From: an uncultured Ruminococcus sp. | Lineage (GTDB): Bacteria; Bacillota; Clostridia; Oscillospirales; CAG-272 | DNA: 64,000 bases | Assembly (NCBI GenBank): GCA_964384555.1 | Contig: CAYLLA010000003.1 | Location: forward strand, 3,339-67,338 | Reading direction: 5' to 3' | Shown: positions 44,933 through 55,289 of the stretch, piece after piece | Numbering within the stretch: position 1 is the first letter of the stretch | Layout: each line of letters begins with the position of its first letter | Notes under the pieces: generated by a model | The model's input: only the letters and a program-made list of their open reading frames with translations | Database searches by the model: none | Told to the model about the DNA's origin: nothing | Translations under genes and position numbers: made by a program

Positions 44933-46840
44933 ATGAAAGATGGTTTCATTAAAGCGGCGGCACTGATCCCGGAGCTTCGGGTAGCCGATTGCAGTTACAA
45001 TGCCAACAAGACCATAGAGCTGGCCCGACGCGCCGCAGAGCTTGGCGTGCGCATAATGGTCTTTCCGGAGCTTGGCATAACCGGCTACACCTGTCAGGAT
45101 CTTTTCTTTCACAGCACACTGCTTAATGCCGCCGAGCGAGAGACCGAGCACATAATGCGCGAAACGGCAGATATCGATGCCTTGATATTCGTTGGTGTAC
45201 CGCTTCTTGACTGCGGCAAGCTCTACAACGCCGCCGCCGCAATATACGGCGGACGTCTGCTCGGCATCATCCCAAAGACTCTGCTTCCAAACTACGGAGA
45301 GTTTTACGAGGCACGGCAATTCACACCCGCACCAGATCACACCGAGATGATAAAGTTTGCATCACAAAGCTGTCCTTTCGGTACACGACTTCTGTTCTGC
45401 CACAGCCATATAAAGGAGCTTGTGGTCGCCGCTGAGATATGTGAGGATATGTGGGGGCAGATCCCGCCCTCCACATATCATGCCGCCGCGGGTGCCACGG
45501 TGATCGTTAATCTTTCGGCATCAAACGAGCTGATCGGTAAGGCCGAATATCGCCGCACGCTGGCCTCCATGACATCCGCTCGCAATATATGCGGATATAT
45601 CTACGCATCAGCAGGATGCGGGGAATCGACCACCGATCTTGTTTTTGCCGGTCACTCGCTTATATGCGAGGATGGCTCGGTGCTTGCCGAACGCGCCCCG
45701 TTCAGAGATACTGACATCTTGACAGCAGACATAGACGTAAAGATGCTGACATACAAGAGATCGCAAAACAACGTCTTTCACTGCGGCAACGATGCCGCTT
45801 ACACTCGAATATCATTTGGCGGTGAGCCGACAGAGACCCGCCTTGAGCGCCGCTTCCCCTGCCGTCCCTTTGTGCCGTCCGATGACAGCACACGCCATGA
45901 GCGTTGCAGTTTGATACTTGATATGCAGTCTGCGGCACTTGCAAGACGTATAGAGCATACGCACGCACGCACGGCCGTTGTGGGCATCTCCGGCGGTCTT
46001 GATTCAACGCTTGCACTGATAGTGGCAGAACGCGCCATGCGGCGACTTGGGCGCTCAACACATGATATCCTCACCGTTACCATGCCTTGCTTCGGTACAG
46101 GCGTGCGCACACGTGGCAACGCAGAGGAGCTCTCCCTGTTGCTCGACACCAGCTTCCGCTGTGTGGATATCGCCGCATCGGTAAAACAGCACCTTTCGGA
46201 TATCGGTCACGCGGAGGATAATTACGATGTGACATATGAGAACGCACAGGCTCGCGAGCGCACTCAAGTGCTAATGGATATCGCAAATCAGACCGGCGGT
46301 CTTGTCGTGGGCACAGGCGATCTCTCTGAGGTCGCGCTTGGATGGTCTACCTACAACGGCGACCATATGTCGATGTACGGTGTAAACTGCTCTGTCCCCA
46401 AAACGCTTATAAGATATATTGTAAAATACTACGCCGATACATGCGACAACGAAAAGCTTTCGGCGGTACTTTATGATATTCTTGACACCCCCGTATCTCC
46501 CGAGCTCGTTCCGTCTCGCCCGGGCGAGATAGGTCAGCGTACCGAGGATATCCTCGGCAGATATGATCTGCATGACTTTTTCCTTTATTATATGATGCGT
46601 GGTGGATATTCCCCAAGCAAGCTTTATCGCATTGCAAAGCTCAGCTTTGCGGGGCAGTTTGATGATGATTACATCAAAAAAACTCTGGAATTGTTCTGCC
46701 GCCGCTTCTTTGGGCAGCAATTTAAGCGTTCCTGCGTGCCGGACGGCGTAAAGATAGGCACGGTGGCGCTCTCCCCGCGCGGGGATTGGCGCATGTCATC
46801 CGATACATCCGCAAGCGAATGGCTGGCGGATATCGAATGA
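44933..46840 (+). CDS. nadE: Glutamine-dependent NAD+ synthetase
   Basis: 635 aa. N-terminal CN-hydrolase domain (FPELGITGY, EICEDMW) plus a NAD-synthase domain (GISGGLDST). Confidence 0.93.
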   Translation: MKDGFIKAAALIPELRVADCSYNANKTIELARRAAELGVRIMVFPELGITGYTCQDLFFHSTLLNAAERETEHIMRETADIDALIFVGVPLLDCGKLYNAAAAIYGGRLLGIIPKTLLPNYGEFYEARQFTPAPDHTEMIKFASQSCPFGTRLLFCHSHIKELVVAAEICEDMWGQIPPSTYHAAAGATVIVNLSASNELIGKAEYRRTLASMTSARNICGYIYASAGCGESTTDLVFAGHSLICEDGSVLAERAPFRDTDILTADIDVKMLTYKRSQNNVFHCGNDAAYTRISFGGEPTETRLERRFPCRPFVPSDDSTRHERCSLILDMQSAALARRIEHTHARTAVVGISGGLDSTLALIVAERAMRRLGRSTHDILTVTMPCFGTGVRTRGNAEELSLLLDTSFRCVDIAASVKQHLSDIGHAEDNYDVTYENAQARERTQVLMDIANQTGGLVVGTGDLSEVALGWSTYNGDHMSMYGVNCSVPKTLIRYIVKYYADTCDNEKLSAVLYDILDTPVSPELVPSRPGEIGQRTEDILGRYDLHDFFLYYMMRGGYSPSKLYRIAKLSFAGQFDDDYIKKTLELFCRRFFGQQFKRSCVPDGVKIGTVALSPRGDWRMSSDTSASEWLADIE

Positions 46841-46851
46841 TCGAAAGCAGA

Positions 46852-49164
46852 TCAAGCAAAGATCGACCAAACAGAATTCACCAAAAAGGCTAACAGGGCA
46901 CCGACGATCGCGGGCAGGATGGCGGAGACGACCATCCACCCGCGACTGCCGGTCTCTTTTTTTATCGTCAGAAGCGTGGTCGAACAAGGCCAGTGAAAGA
47001 GCATGAATATCACAAAGCAGACCGCCCGTCTCGCGCACCAACCGTTATCGGCAAGAACGGCACGTAACACCTCGCCGCCCCCAAGCTCCGGCAAGCTGCC
47101 GGCCGCCAGATAGATCATCACGGTTATCGGCAACACTATCTCATTTGCGGGCAGGCCAAGGATAAAGCCCAGCAGTACGGCACCGTCAAGCCCGATAAGC
47201 CGCCCGGGTGCATCCAGCCACAAGGCAAGTGTTTGAAGTATGCTCACACCGCCGAGCTTTACATTGGCCAGAAGCCATATTGCAAGTCCTGCAGGAGCGG
47301 CGACCGCCGCGGCACGCCCAAGCACGAACAATGTGCGGTCAAGCAGTGAACGCACCAGCACGCGGCAAACATCGGGGCGGCGATAGGGCGGCATCTCAAG
47401 CGTAAACGCAGATGCCTCCCCGCGAAGCAGAGTGCGGGATAGAATAAAAGTTACGGCAAAGGTCACCAAAACGCAAAGGATCATAAACGCCGCCAAAATC
47501 AGAGCGGCAAGTACGGATGATCTGCGCCCGACCGCCACAAAAAGCGTTATGGCGGTAATGATCGCAGGAAAGCGACCGTTACAGGGCATAAGGGCATTTG
47601 TAAGTATAGCAAGCAGTCGCTCGCGCGGAGAGTCGATTATTCGACAGCCCACTACGCCCGCCGCATTACAGCCAAGCCCCATGCACATAGTCAGCGCTTG
47701 CTTGCCGCAAGCGTGCGCACAAGCAAAGGGTCTGTCAAGAGCATACGCGATGCGCGGCAGATATCCGGCATCCTCGAGCAGTGTGAACAAAGGAAAAAAT
47801 ATTGCCATCGGCGGCAGCATGACAGATACCACCCACCCAAGCACTCTAAACGCGCCGCCAATAAGTGCATCGGTAACGATACCCGGCACACCTATGCTTA
47901 TAAACGACCGATAGAGCCATTCCTCCGCCGCGGCAAATCCGCGTGCCAAAAGCTCGGAGGGATAATTAGCTCCTTTTATAGTCAGCCACAGTACGGCAAA
48001 TAAAAAGAGGAGCATCATGGGATATCCGACCAGTCTGCCGGTGAGCAGTTTATCTATCCTGCAGTCGCGCTCACCGTACCCGCCTCCGCCTTTTGTTTTT
48101 TCTATCGCTCCGTGGCAGATATCATCCGCGCGTTCCATCACCGCGATAGCCACGCTGTCGCCAAGGCCGTCGCGGTCCTGTATTTCTCCCCGGCATGCAG
48201 AGGCGGGGGCGCCCTCTCCATCCTCGCCTCTCAGCACCTGCCACGCCGCCGCATATGCCGCCGCCAAAGCTTCAAGTTCAAAATCGGTAAAGTCACTCTC
48301 GCAGTTGCTCTCGCCGGCTTTGCCGCAGCCCGATAGGAGCGTAAGGCCCGCAAGCTCGCTCAATACATCACTGCCTATGCCTCTTTGCAGCAATTCAAGC
48401 CCCGCCGCACGCGCTCGCAATCCCACACCAAAGCGGGATCGCAAAAGCGGTGTTTCGGCGAGTATCTTTGCGGCGCGTTCTATCTCCGGCTGATATATGA
48501 CCGGAGGAGGCACAACCCTCTCCGCAGGCGACGCGGCGGGCAGGGAGGAGTCACACTCTCTCGCCCGAGTGAGCACAGCGGCGCGGGCAAGATCATGCAC
48601 GGCGGCTGCCGTGCGGGTAATATCCGCGCGGCGCTTGGCGGATATCCCGATAACGGGAACTCCGAGTCTTTGGGATATTATATCGATATTCGGTGACACG
48701 CCGCGGCGTTTGGCCTCCTCCATAAGATTTACGCAAACGAGCGTGCGCGGCGATATCTCAAGTGTTTGCAGCACAAGCCCCATATTTCGCTCAAGACAGC
48801 CCGCATCGCATACCACCACGCAAATATCCGGCAGTCGCCCATCCTTGCCGTGCAGGATATAATCACGCGCTACGACCTCCTCCGGCGAGTGCGGAAAAAG
48901 CGAGTATGTACCCGGCAGGTCCGTTACATGATACGCAGTGCCGCCAAACGTATAATCTCCCTCGGCAGTAGCTACCGTTTTGCCAGGCCAGTTTCCGGTG
49001 TGCTGTGACATTCCCGTCAGCGCATTAAAAAGCGTGGTCTTGCCGACATTGGGATTTCCGACGAGCGCTATCGTAACGCTCTCGCCGAGATCATCCGCCG
49101 ACCCGCGTTTGCGCCACAGCACGTGTAACGGCTTATTTGATATACACATGTCAGCTCCTTTCAT
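46852..49164 (-). CDS. feoB: Ferrous iron transporter FeoB
   Basis: G-domain GNPNVGKTTLFNALTG and DLPGTYSL, followed by the polytopic FeoB membrane domain. Confidence 0.93.
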   Translation of the reverse strand: MKGADMCISNKPLHVLWRKRGSADDLGESVTIALVGNPNVGKTTLFNALTGMSQHTGNWPGKTVATAEGDYTFGGTAYHVTDLPGTYSLFPHSPEEVVARDYILHGKDGRLPDICVVVCDAGCLERNMGLVLQTLEISPRTLVCVNLMEEAKRRGVSPNIDIISQRLGVPVIGISAKRRADITRTAAAVHDLARAAVLTRARECDSSLPAASPAERVVPPPVIYQPEIERAAKILAETPLLRSRFGVGLRARAAGLELLQRGIGSDVLSELAGLTLLSGCGKAGESNCESDFTDFELEALAAAYAAAWQVLRGEDGEGAPASACRGEIQDRDGLGDSVAIAVMERADDICHGAIEKTKGGGGYGERDCRIDKLLTGRLVGYPMMLLFLFAVLWLTIKGANYPSELLARGFAAAEEWLYRSFISIGVPGIVTDALIGGAFRVLGWVVSVMLPPMAIFFPLFTLLEDAGYLPRIAYALDRPFACAHACGKQALTMCMGLGCNAAGVVGCRIIDSPRERLLAILTNALMPCNGRFPAIITAITLFVAVGRRSSVLAALILAAFMILCVLVTFAVTFILSRTLLRGEASAFTLEMPPYRRPDVCRVLVRSLLDRTLFVLGRAAAVAAPAGLAIWLLANVKLGGVSILQTLALWLDAPGRLIGLDGAVLLGFILGLPANEIVLPITVMIYLAAGSLPELGGGEVLRAVLADNGWCARRAVCFVIFMLFHWPCSTTLLTIKKETGSRGWMVVSAILPAIVGALLAFLVNSVWSIFA

Positions 49165-49438
49165 CCTGCGCCCCCATTTCGATCTTATTTTGAGTATCTT
49201 TCTGCTTTACCGTAATATCTGCAACATCACGCGCCCTCAGGGCTATAAGCGCACCGCAAATGAGATATGCCGATGGGTCGCCGCCGGGACTGCGGCTCAC
49301 ACACTCCACCTCGCGCCCGGGTATCAACCCAAGATCAAAAAGCCGCCGCTTGATACCCCTTTTTGCCGCAACGCAGGTGACCTCCGCCCTCTCACCCGGC
49401 CGCATTTTATCCATCCCCCGAAAGACCGTATCCCCCAA
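49151..49438 (-). CDS. feoA: FeoA-family protein
   Basis: SH3-like FeoA core (GERAEVTCV...RRLFDLGLIPGREVE). TTG start 6 nt after AAGGAGA. Overlaps feoB by 14 nt. Confidence 0.8.
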   Translation of the reverse strand: MGDTVFRGMDKMRPGERAEVTCVAAKRGIKRRLFDLGLIPGREVECVSRSPGGDPSAYLICGALIALRARDVADITVKQKDTQNKIEMGAQDERS

Positions 49439-49639
49439 AGCCGTATCTCCTTAAATTATTCTAAAGATATAGATCAAAAATATGGTGTTGCGGCAAAAGC
49501 GCACACAGATAACTAATGCCCCCGCACGCTTGCCGACATTTTATCACCTGACAACAGCATATTCCGTATCGCATCGACATGTTACCTGTATAATAATTGA
49601 TAATTCAAAAAAGTTTAACGCACAAACAGATGTTTAGGC

Positions 49640-49668
49640 TTGCATTATTATTTATAATGTGGTATAAT
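49640..49668 (+). promoter_or_regulatory. Sigma-70 promoter of the heterodimeric ABC exporter operon
   Basis: TTGCAT, 17-nt spacer, TATAAT with TGn extended -10. Confidence 0.65.
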
Positions 49669-49716
49669 ACCTCTCGTTGTCTAAAAATGAAAATTCAAAA
49701 TAAAGGAAGGATGTAT

Positions 49717-51477
49717 ATGATCAAACGACTTTATGCGTGCGTTAGAGAATACAAGCTTGCCGCATGGCTGACACCGCTTTTTATACTCGGTGAAACAGTC
49801 ATCGAATGCCTTATTCCTTATCGCATCGCCAATCTCATCAACAATCTTAATGCCAACGGTGTTGTGCTTGAGAGCCTGCTCAGCGACGGTCTTGTTTTGG
49901 CGCTTATGGCGCTGTCATCCCTTATCTTCGGGACGCTTGCCGCACTGTCGGCATCCAAAGCAGGTGCAGGCTTTGCCAAGAACCTGCGCCATGATATGTA
50001 TGACCGCATTTGCAAATATTCCTTTGCAAATATCGATAAGTTCTCATCATCATCGCTCGTAACGAGAATGACTACCGACGTTGGTAACGTTCAAATGGCC
50101 TTTATGATGATAATCCGCATGGCCATACGTTGCCCGCTTATGCTGATATTCTCGGTCGTTATGGCCTATATCATGGGCGGCAGTCTGTCTGCGCTCTTTC
50201 TCATCGTTATTCCGTTTTTGGCGGTCGGACTCTTCCTTGTTGCCAAAAACGCAATGCCCGCGTTCAGACGTGTTTTCCGTAAATACGATAAGCTCAACGA
50301 GTCTATCGAGGAGAACGTCTCCGCCATGCGCGCCGTAAAGAGCTTTGTGCGCGAGGACTTTGAAAAGGAAAAATTCAACCGCGCATCAGAGGATATTCGC
50401 AGTGATTTTACACATGCCGAGCGTATAGTGGCACTAAACTCTCCGCTTATGCAGATCTGTGTTTACTTTAACATGGCCTTTGTCCTTTATGTCGGCTCCA
50501 AGCTGATCATAAACAGCAACGGCACGTATATCGATGTCGGCCAGCTCTCCGCTATGCTGACATACGCTTTCCAGATCCTTTCATCGCTTATGATGGTGGC
50601 CATGATCTGCGTTATGCTTACCCTGTCCGTTGAGTCTGCCAACCGTATAAACGAGGTACTGGCTGAAGAATCCTCTCTCACCGACCCTGTCGATCCCCTT
50701 AATGATGTTAAGGATGGTTCGATCGATTTTGACGGCGTAAGCTTTAAATATTCCGAAAAAGCCGAAAAGAACTCGCTCGAGGGCGTGGATCTGCATATAG
50801 GCTCGGGCCAGACTGTCGGTATACTCGGCGGCACGGGCTCGGGTAAATCCTCACTTGTACAGTTGATCCCGCGACTTTACGATGTCACCGAGGGATCCAT
50901 TCGCGTAGGCGGCGTGGATGTTCGCAAATACAGCATCGAGGCCCTGCGCGAGCAGGTCGCCATGGTACTGCAAAAGAACCTGCTTTTTGCCGGCACGATA
51001 AGCGAAAACCTCAGATGGGGCAATGAAAACGCAACAGATGAGGAGCTGAGAGAGGCTTGCAAGCTTGCCCAAGCTGACGAGTTTATAAGCCAGTTCCCGG
51101 ACGGATATGAGACAAAGATAGAGCAGGGAGGCGCCAATGTTTCCGGCGGACAAAAACAGCGCCTGTGCATTGCCCGAGCTCTGCTTAAAAAACCGAAGAT
51201 ACTGATACTTGACGACTCCACGAGCGCCGTTGATATGAAGACGGATGCACTCATACGCATGGGCTTTAAGCAGTATATTCCGGAGACGACAAAGATCATC
51301 ATCGCACAGCGTGTTGCATCCGTTATGGATGCGGATATCATAGTTGTCATGGACGGCGGAAAGATAATCGACCGCGGCACTCATGACGAACTGCTGACAC
51401 GTTGTGAGATCTACAGAGATATCTACGAACAGCAAACGAAGGGAGGCAGTGAGAATGAAGACGAAAGCAACGACTGA
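49717..51477 (+). CDS. ABC exporter half-transporter (TMD-NBD), subunit 1 of a heterodimeric pair
   Basis: Six-TM domain, GGTGSGKSS, VSGGQKQR and ILILDDSTS. AAGGAAGG RBS. The paired layout resembles LmrCD/EfrCD/YheIH-type exporters. Confidence 0.9.
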   Translation: MIKRLYACVREYKLAAWLTPLFILGETVIECLIPYRIANLINNLNANGVVLESLLSDGLVLALMALSSLIFGTLAALSASKAGAGFAKNLRHDMYDRICKYSFANIDKFSSSSLVTRMTTDVGNVQMAFMMIIRMAIRCPLMLIFSVVMAYIMGGSLSALFLIVIPFLAVGLFLVAKNAMPAFRRVFRKYDKLNESIEENVSAMRAVKSFVREDFEKEKFNRASEDIRSDFTHAERIVALNSPLMQICVYFNMAFVLYVGSKLIINSNGTYIDVGQLSAMLTYAFQILSSLMMVAMICVMLTLSVESANRINEVLAEESSLTDPVDPLNDVKDGSIDFDGVSFKYSEKAEKNSLEGVDLHIGSGQTVGILGGTGSGKSSLVQLIPRLYDVTEGSIRVGGVDVRKYSIEALREQVAMVLQKNLLFAGTISENLRWGNENATDEELREACKLAQADEFISQFPDGYETKIEQGGANVSGGQKQRLCIARALLKKPKILILDDSTSAVDMKTDALIRMGFKQYIPETTKIIIAQRVASVMDADIIVVMDGGKIIDRGTHDELLTRCEIYRDIYEQQTKGGSENEDESND

Positions 51478-53416
51478 TAAGACCGCTATGAACAAAAAGC
51501 GGGATCACACAGCACCCTCCGCAGATCGCCGCCCGAAGGCCGACCCCAAGTCGCTTTTACGTGTTATAAAGCTTTTGCATGAATGCTATCCAAAGCTTAT
51601 CGTGATCACGGCTATCTGCATCGTTTTCTCTGCGATCGTATCCTCCATACCCGCAATATTCCTGCAAAAGGTCATTGCAGTCATCGGTGAATATACAGCC
51701 TCCGGAGACTGGACATCGGCACGTGCCGATATTCTGCCGAAGATAGCGACCCTCGTTTGTCTCTATCTGTTATCGATACTTTCAATATTCGCCTACACAC
51801 AGCTTATGGCGTATATCACACAGGGCTTTCTTTCCAAACTGCGCTGCCGCATGTTCGGCGGAATGCAGGATCTGCCCATAAAGTATTTTGACACACACAA
51901 GCACGGCGATATAATGAGCTACTATACCAACGATATAGATGCTCTGCGCGAGCTTGTATCCTCATCTCTCCCGCAAATGCTCTCATCCGGTGTCATTGTG
52001 CTGACCGTCCTCTTCATCATGCTATACTTCAGCCTTTGGCTGACACTGCTTGTGGTCCTTGGCGTTATGCTTATGCTTGTAGTCTCCAAAAAGGTAGGCG
52101 GCGGCTCGGCCAAATACTTTGTAAGACAGCAAGCAACGATGGGCAAAACAGAGGGCTTTATCCAAGAGATGATGAACGGCATGAAGGTCGTTAAGGTCTT
52201 TTGTCACGAAAAGCAGAGCGCGGATGATTTTGATAAGATCAACAGCGCCCTGAATGATGACAGCCGCCGCGCACACAGCTATGCCAGCATGCTCGGCCCT
52301 GTCATTATGAACATCGGTAATATCCTTTACGTTCTTGTGGCAATACTCGGCGGTGTTTTGATCATCGCCAATGTCCCCAATGTCAGCTTTTCCGGCATGC
52401 CGCTTGCCATCAGCATCCTCGTACCGTTCCTTAATATGACAAGACAGTTTACAGGCAATGTAAACCAGCTCTCACAGCAGATAAACAGCATAGTGATGGC
52501 AATGGCGGGCGCCGGCAGAATATTCTCGCTTATGGACGAAGAGCCCGAGGTCGATGACGGCTATGTTACGCTCGTCAATGCAAAGATCGACAAAAACGGC
52601 AATATCACCGAAACTAAAGAACGCACCGGAATGTGGGCATGGAAGCATCCGCACGGCGACGGCAGTCTGACCTACACCAAGCTTTGCGGCGATGTGCGTT
52701 TGGTGGATGTTGACTTTGCCTATGAAGAGGGCAAAAACGTTTTGCACAACGTATCGGTCTACGCAGAGCCGGGTCAAAAGGTCGCATTCGTTGGCGCGAC
52801 GGGTGCCGGCAAGACCACCATTACAAACCTCATAAACCGTTTTTACGATATTGCCGACGGCAAGATAAGATATGACGGTATCAACATCAACAAGATCAAA
52901 AAGGCTGATCTGCGCCGTTCGCTCGGCATAGTCCTGCAGGATACAAACTTGTTTACCGGCACTGTAATGGATAATATCCGTTACGGCAGACTTGATGCAA
53001 CGGATGATGAATGCCGTGCGGCCGCCAGGCTTGCGGGCGCGGACAGCTTTATCGAACGTCTGCCCGATGGCTACTTGACAATGCTTACAAATAACGGCGC
53101 CAACCTTTCGCAAGGACAGCGCCAGCTGATAGCCATAGCACGCGCGGCAGTGGCCGATCCCCCTGTTATGATCATGGACGAGGCGACTTCCTCCATCGAT
53201 ACCCGCACGGAGGCAATAGTTCAGCGCGGTATGGATAAGCTCATGGAGGGCAGAACGGTATTTGTTATCGCGCACCGTCTCTCCACCGTCATGGACTCGG
53301 ATGTTATCATGGTGCTTGATCACGGTCGCATCATAGAACGCGGCGATCATAATAAGCTTATTGCCGAGCGGGGCACATATTACCGTCTCTACACCGGCGC
53401 ATTTGAGCTTGAATAA
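51455..53416 (+). CDS. ABC exporter half-transporter (TMD-NBD), subunit 2
   Basis: GATGAGKTT, LSQGQRQL and VMIMDEATS. GGGAGG RBS precedes the ATG at 51455. Overlaps subunit 1 by 23 nt. Confidence 0.9.
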   Translation: MKTKATTDKTAMNKKRDHTAPSADRRPKADPKSLLRVIKLLHECYPKLIVITAICIVFSAIVSSIPAIFLQKVIAVIGEYTASGDWTSARADILPKIATLVCLYLLSILSIFAYTQLMAYITQGFLSKLRCRMFGGMQDLPIKYFDTHKHGDIMSYYTNDIDALRELVSSSLPQMLSSGVIVLTVLFIMLYFSLWLTLLVVLGVMLMLVVSKKVGGGSAKYFVRQQATMGKTEGFIQEMMNGMKVVKVFCHEKQSADDFDKINSALNDDSRRAHSYASMLGPVIMNIGNILYVLVAILGGVLIIANVPNVSFSGMPLAISILVPFLNMTRQFTGNVNQLSQQINSIVMAMAGAGRIFSLMDEEPEVDDGYVTLVNAKIDKNGNITETKERTGMWAWKHPHGDGSLTYTKLCGDVRLVDVDFAYEEGKNVLHNVSVYAEPGQKVAFVGATGAGKTTITNLINRFYDIADGKIRYDGININKIKKADLRRSLGIVLQDTNLFTGTVMDNIRYGRLDATDDECRAAARLAGADSFIERLPDGYLTMLTNNGANLSQGQRQLIAIARAAVADPPVMIMDEATSSIDTRTEAIVQRGMDKLMEGRTVFVIAHRLSTVMDSDVIMVLDHGRIIERGDHNKLIAERGTYYRLYTGAFELE

Positions 53417-53444
53417 AAAAGACGACCTAATATCGGTCGCTCGA

Positions 53445-53484
53445 ACTCCCCTTGGCGAGTATCTCACCAAGGGGAGTTTTTTTA
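53445..53484 (+). terminator. Intrinsic terminator after the ABC exporter operon
   Basis: ACTCCCCTTGG / CCAAGGGGAGT stem followed by TTTTTTT. Confidence 0.85.
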
Positions 53485-53570
53485 TCATCAAAGATCAAAT
53501 TTGGGAAACATTTTTAAAAATTTTTTGTTCGCCGCGTGGGATAATAGATAGTGTGATATGACGATGAAGC

Positions 53571-54458
53571 ATGACGACGATCAAAAATAATTCAAAAGGC
53601 ATAGTAAAAACAATGATATCAAAGATAAAAAGAATACTTTATATCCTGCTCGCCCTCTCCTTGGTGATGGCGTGCGGGACGGCAAATACCGGTGCGACAG
53701 ATACCGAGAGCTGCAACTGGTATTGCATCAGAAAAAAGGATCACCGCCGCCCGCCGTGTCCGCCAGAGCTATCTTTTGCAGAAAAATACAATGGATATTA
53801 TATCGACCGCAAGCGCAGCGATGACGATGCGGATCGTGTGGTGTATCTGACGTTCGATGCAGGGTATGAGAACGGCAACGTTGCAAGGATACTTGACACA
53901 CTGCAGGAAAAGCAGGTAAGCGGTGCGTTTTTTATACTGGGCAATCTAATTAACTCTGCACCGGATCTTGTACGCAGGATGGCGGATGAGGGCCATATCG
54001 TGGCAAATCACACCTTCCATCACCGTGATATGAGCCGCCTTGGCGGCGAAGACTTCGAGCGTGAGCTGAGCTCCCTCGAGGAGGCATATAAAAAAGCAAC
54101 AGGGCGAGAGATGGCCAAGTACTACCGTCCGCCCGAGGGCAGATTTTCGGAAGCAAATCTCAAGCAGGCAAGCGCGCTTGGCTTTTCAACTATCTTTTGG
54201 AGCTTTGCCTACGCCGATTGGGATAATGAGAACCAGCCAAACCGAGACGCGGCACTGAAAAAGATACTTGAAAATGTGCATAACGGCGGGGTATTGCTGC
54301 TGCACCCAACATCAAAAACAAATGCCGATATCCTGCCGCAGGTGATAGACAGCCTTATCTCCGACGGTTATCGTTTCGGTACCCTCGACGAGCTGTGTGG
54401 CAATAATACGGTGCAGCCGCGCGAAAGTGTGCGAACAGCCCCCGCGCATCTTGAATAA
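53571..54458 (+). CDS. pdaA: Polysaccharide deacetylase, PdaA-like (delta-lactam-biosynthetic de-N-acetylase type)
   Basis: NodB domain YLTFDAGYENGN...HIVANHTFHH...LLLHP. The DAGY variant is typical of PdaA. Alternative start at 53613. Confidence 0.7.
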   Translation: MTTIKNNSKGIVKTMISKIKRILYILLALSLVMACGTANTGATDTESCNWYCIRKKDHRRPPCPPELSFAEKYNGYYIDRKRSDDDADRVVYLTFDAGYENGNVARILDTLQEKQVSGAFFILGNLINSAPDLVRRMADEGHIVANHTFHHRDMSRLGGEDFERELSSLEEAYKKATGREMAKYYRPPEGRFSEANLKQASALGFSTIFWSFAYADWDNENQPNRDAALKKILENVHNGGVLLLHPTSKTNADILPQVIDSLISDGYRFGTLDELCGNNTVQPRESVRTAPAHLE

Positions 54459-54460
54459 GG

Positions 54461-55192
54461 ATGCGCATGATCAAATTTCTTGCCACTGTGCGCCGCCTGC
54501 TTGTATATACGACTCTTTGCGCGATGATGCTGTCTACCGCCGCGCATGGTGTTTCATCGACATCAACGAACGCAGATAAGCAAGGATGGGGCGAATGCCG
54601 TGTGTTCTCACACGGTGACGGCGGATCTGCTCGGATAGCCTTGACATTTGATGACGGCCCGGATCCCGAATTGACCCCGAGGATACTCGATATACTTGAA
54701 CAAAACAACGTAAGGGCCACATTTTTTGTAATAGGACAAAACGCCGAGAGATTCCCCGATATCATCGACCGAGAGCTTGCGGCGGGACACGAGATAGGCA
54801 ACCACACCTACAGCCACAAGTATTTGGGGCACGCCGAGGATATGGTAACGGAGGCGGAGATATATGAATGCGACACCAGACTTTTTGAACACAACGAATA
54901 CACACCGCGCCTTTTTCGTCCACCCGGCGGCATTATGAACGAGCGGATAGGGAGCGTTTGCAATGCCATGGGGTACAGCGTTATACTTTGGAGCATAGAT
55001 ACACGCGATTGGAGCGGTGTCAGCGCCGATGGTATATCCGCCGAGATATTCAAAAACCTCCGTGACGGCGCGGTGATATTGATGCACGATGGTGTGCGCG
55101 GTCATACCGCCGAGGCGCTTGAGTATCTACTGCCAAAGCTCACGGCAATGGGGTACGAATGCGTAACCGTATCCGAGCTTATCGGCAACTGA
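54461..55192 (+). CDS. Polysaccharide (peptidoglycan) deacetylase, NodB family
   Basis: ALTFDDGPDP, HEIGNHTYSH, RPPGG and ILMHD motifs. Confidence 0.85.
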   Translation: MRMIKFLATVRRLLVYTTLCAMMLSTAAHGVSSTSTNADKQGWGECRVFSHGDGGSARIALTFDDGPDPELTPRILDILEQNNVRATFFVIGQNAERFPDIIDRELAAGHEIGNHTYSHKYLGHAEDMVTEAEIYECDTRLFEHNEYTPRLFRPPGGIMNERIGSVCNAMGYSVILWSIDTRDWSGVSADGISAEIFKNLRDGAVILMHDGVRGHTAEALEYLLPKLTAMGYECVTVSELIGN

Positions 55193-55211
55193 CAATGCAA
55201 GAACCAAACTA

Positions 55212-55270
55212 AAAAGCAGTCCCCCGGAGGCAACATAAATGCCTCAAGGGGACTGATCTTTTATTTAATA
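55212..55270. terminator. Bidirectional terminator between convergent genes
   Basis: CAGTCCCC-GGAGGC...GCCTC-AAGGGGACTG stem with an A-run upstream and TCTTTTATTT downstream. Confidence 0.7.
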
Positions 55271-55289
55271 TTATATTCTCAAAAATAAT

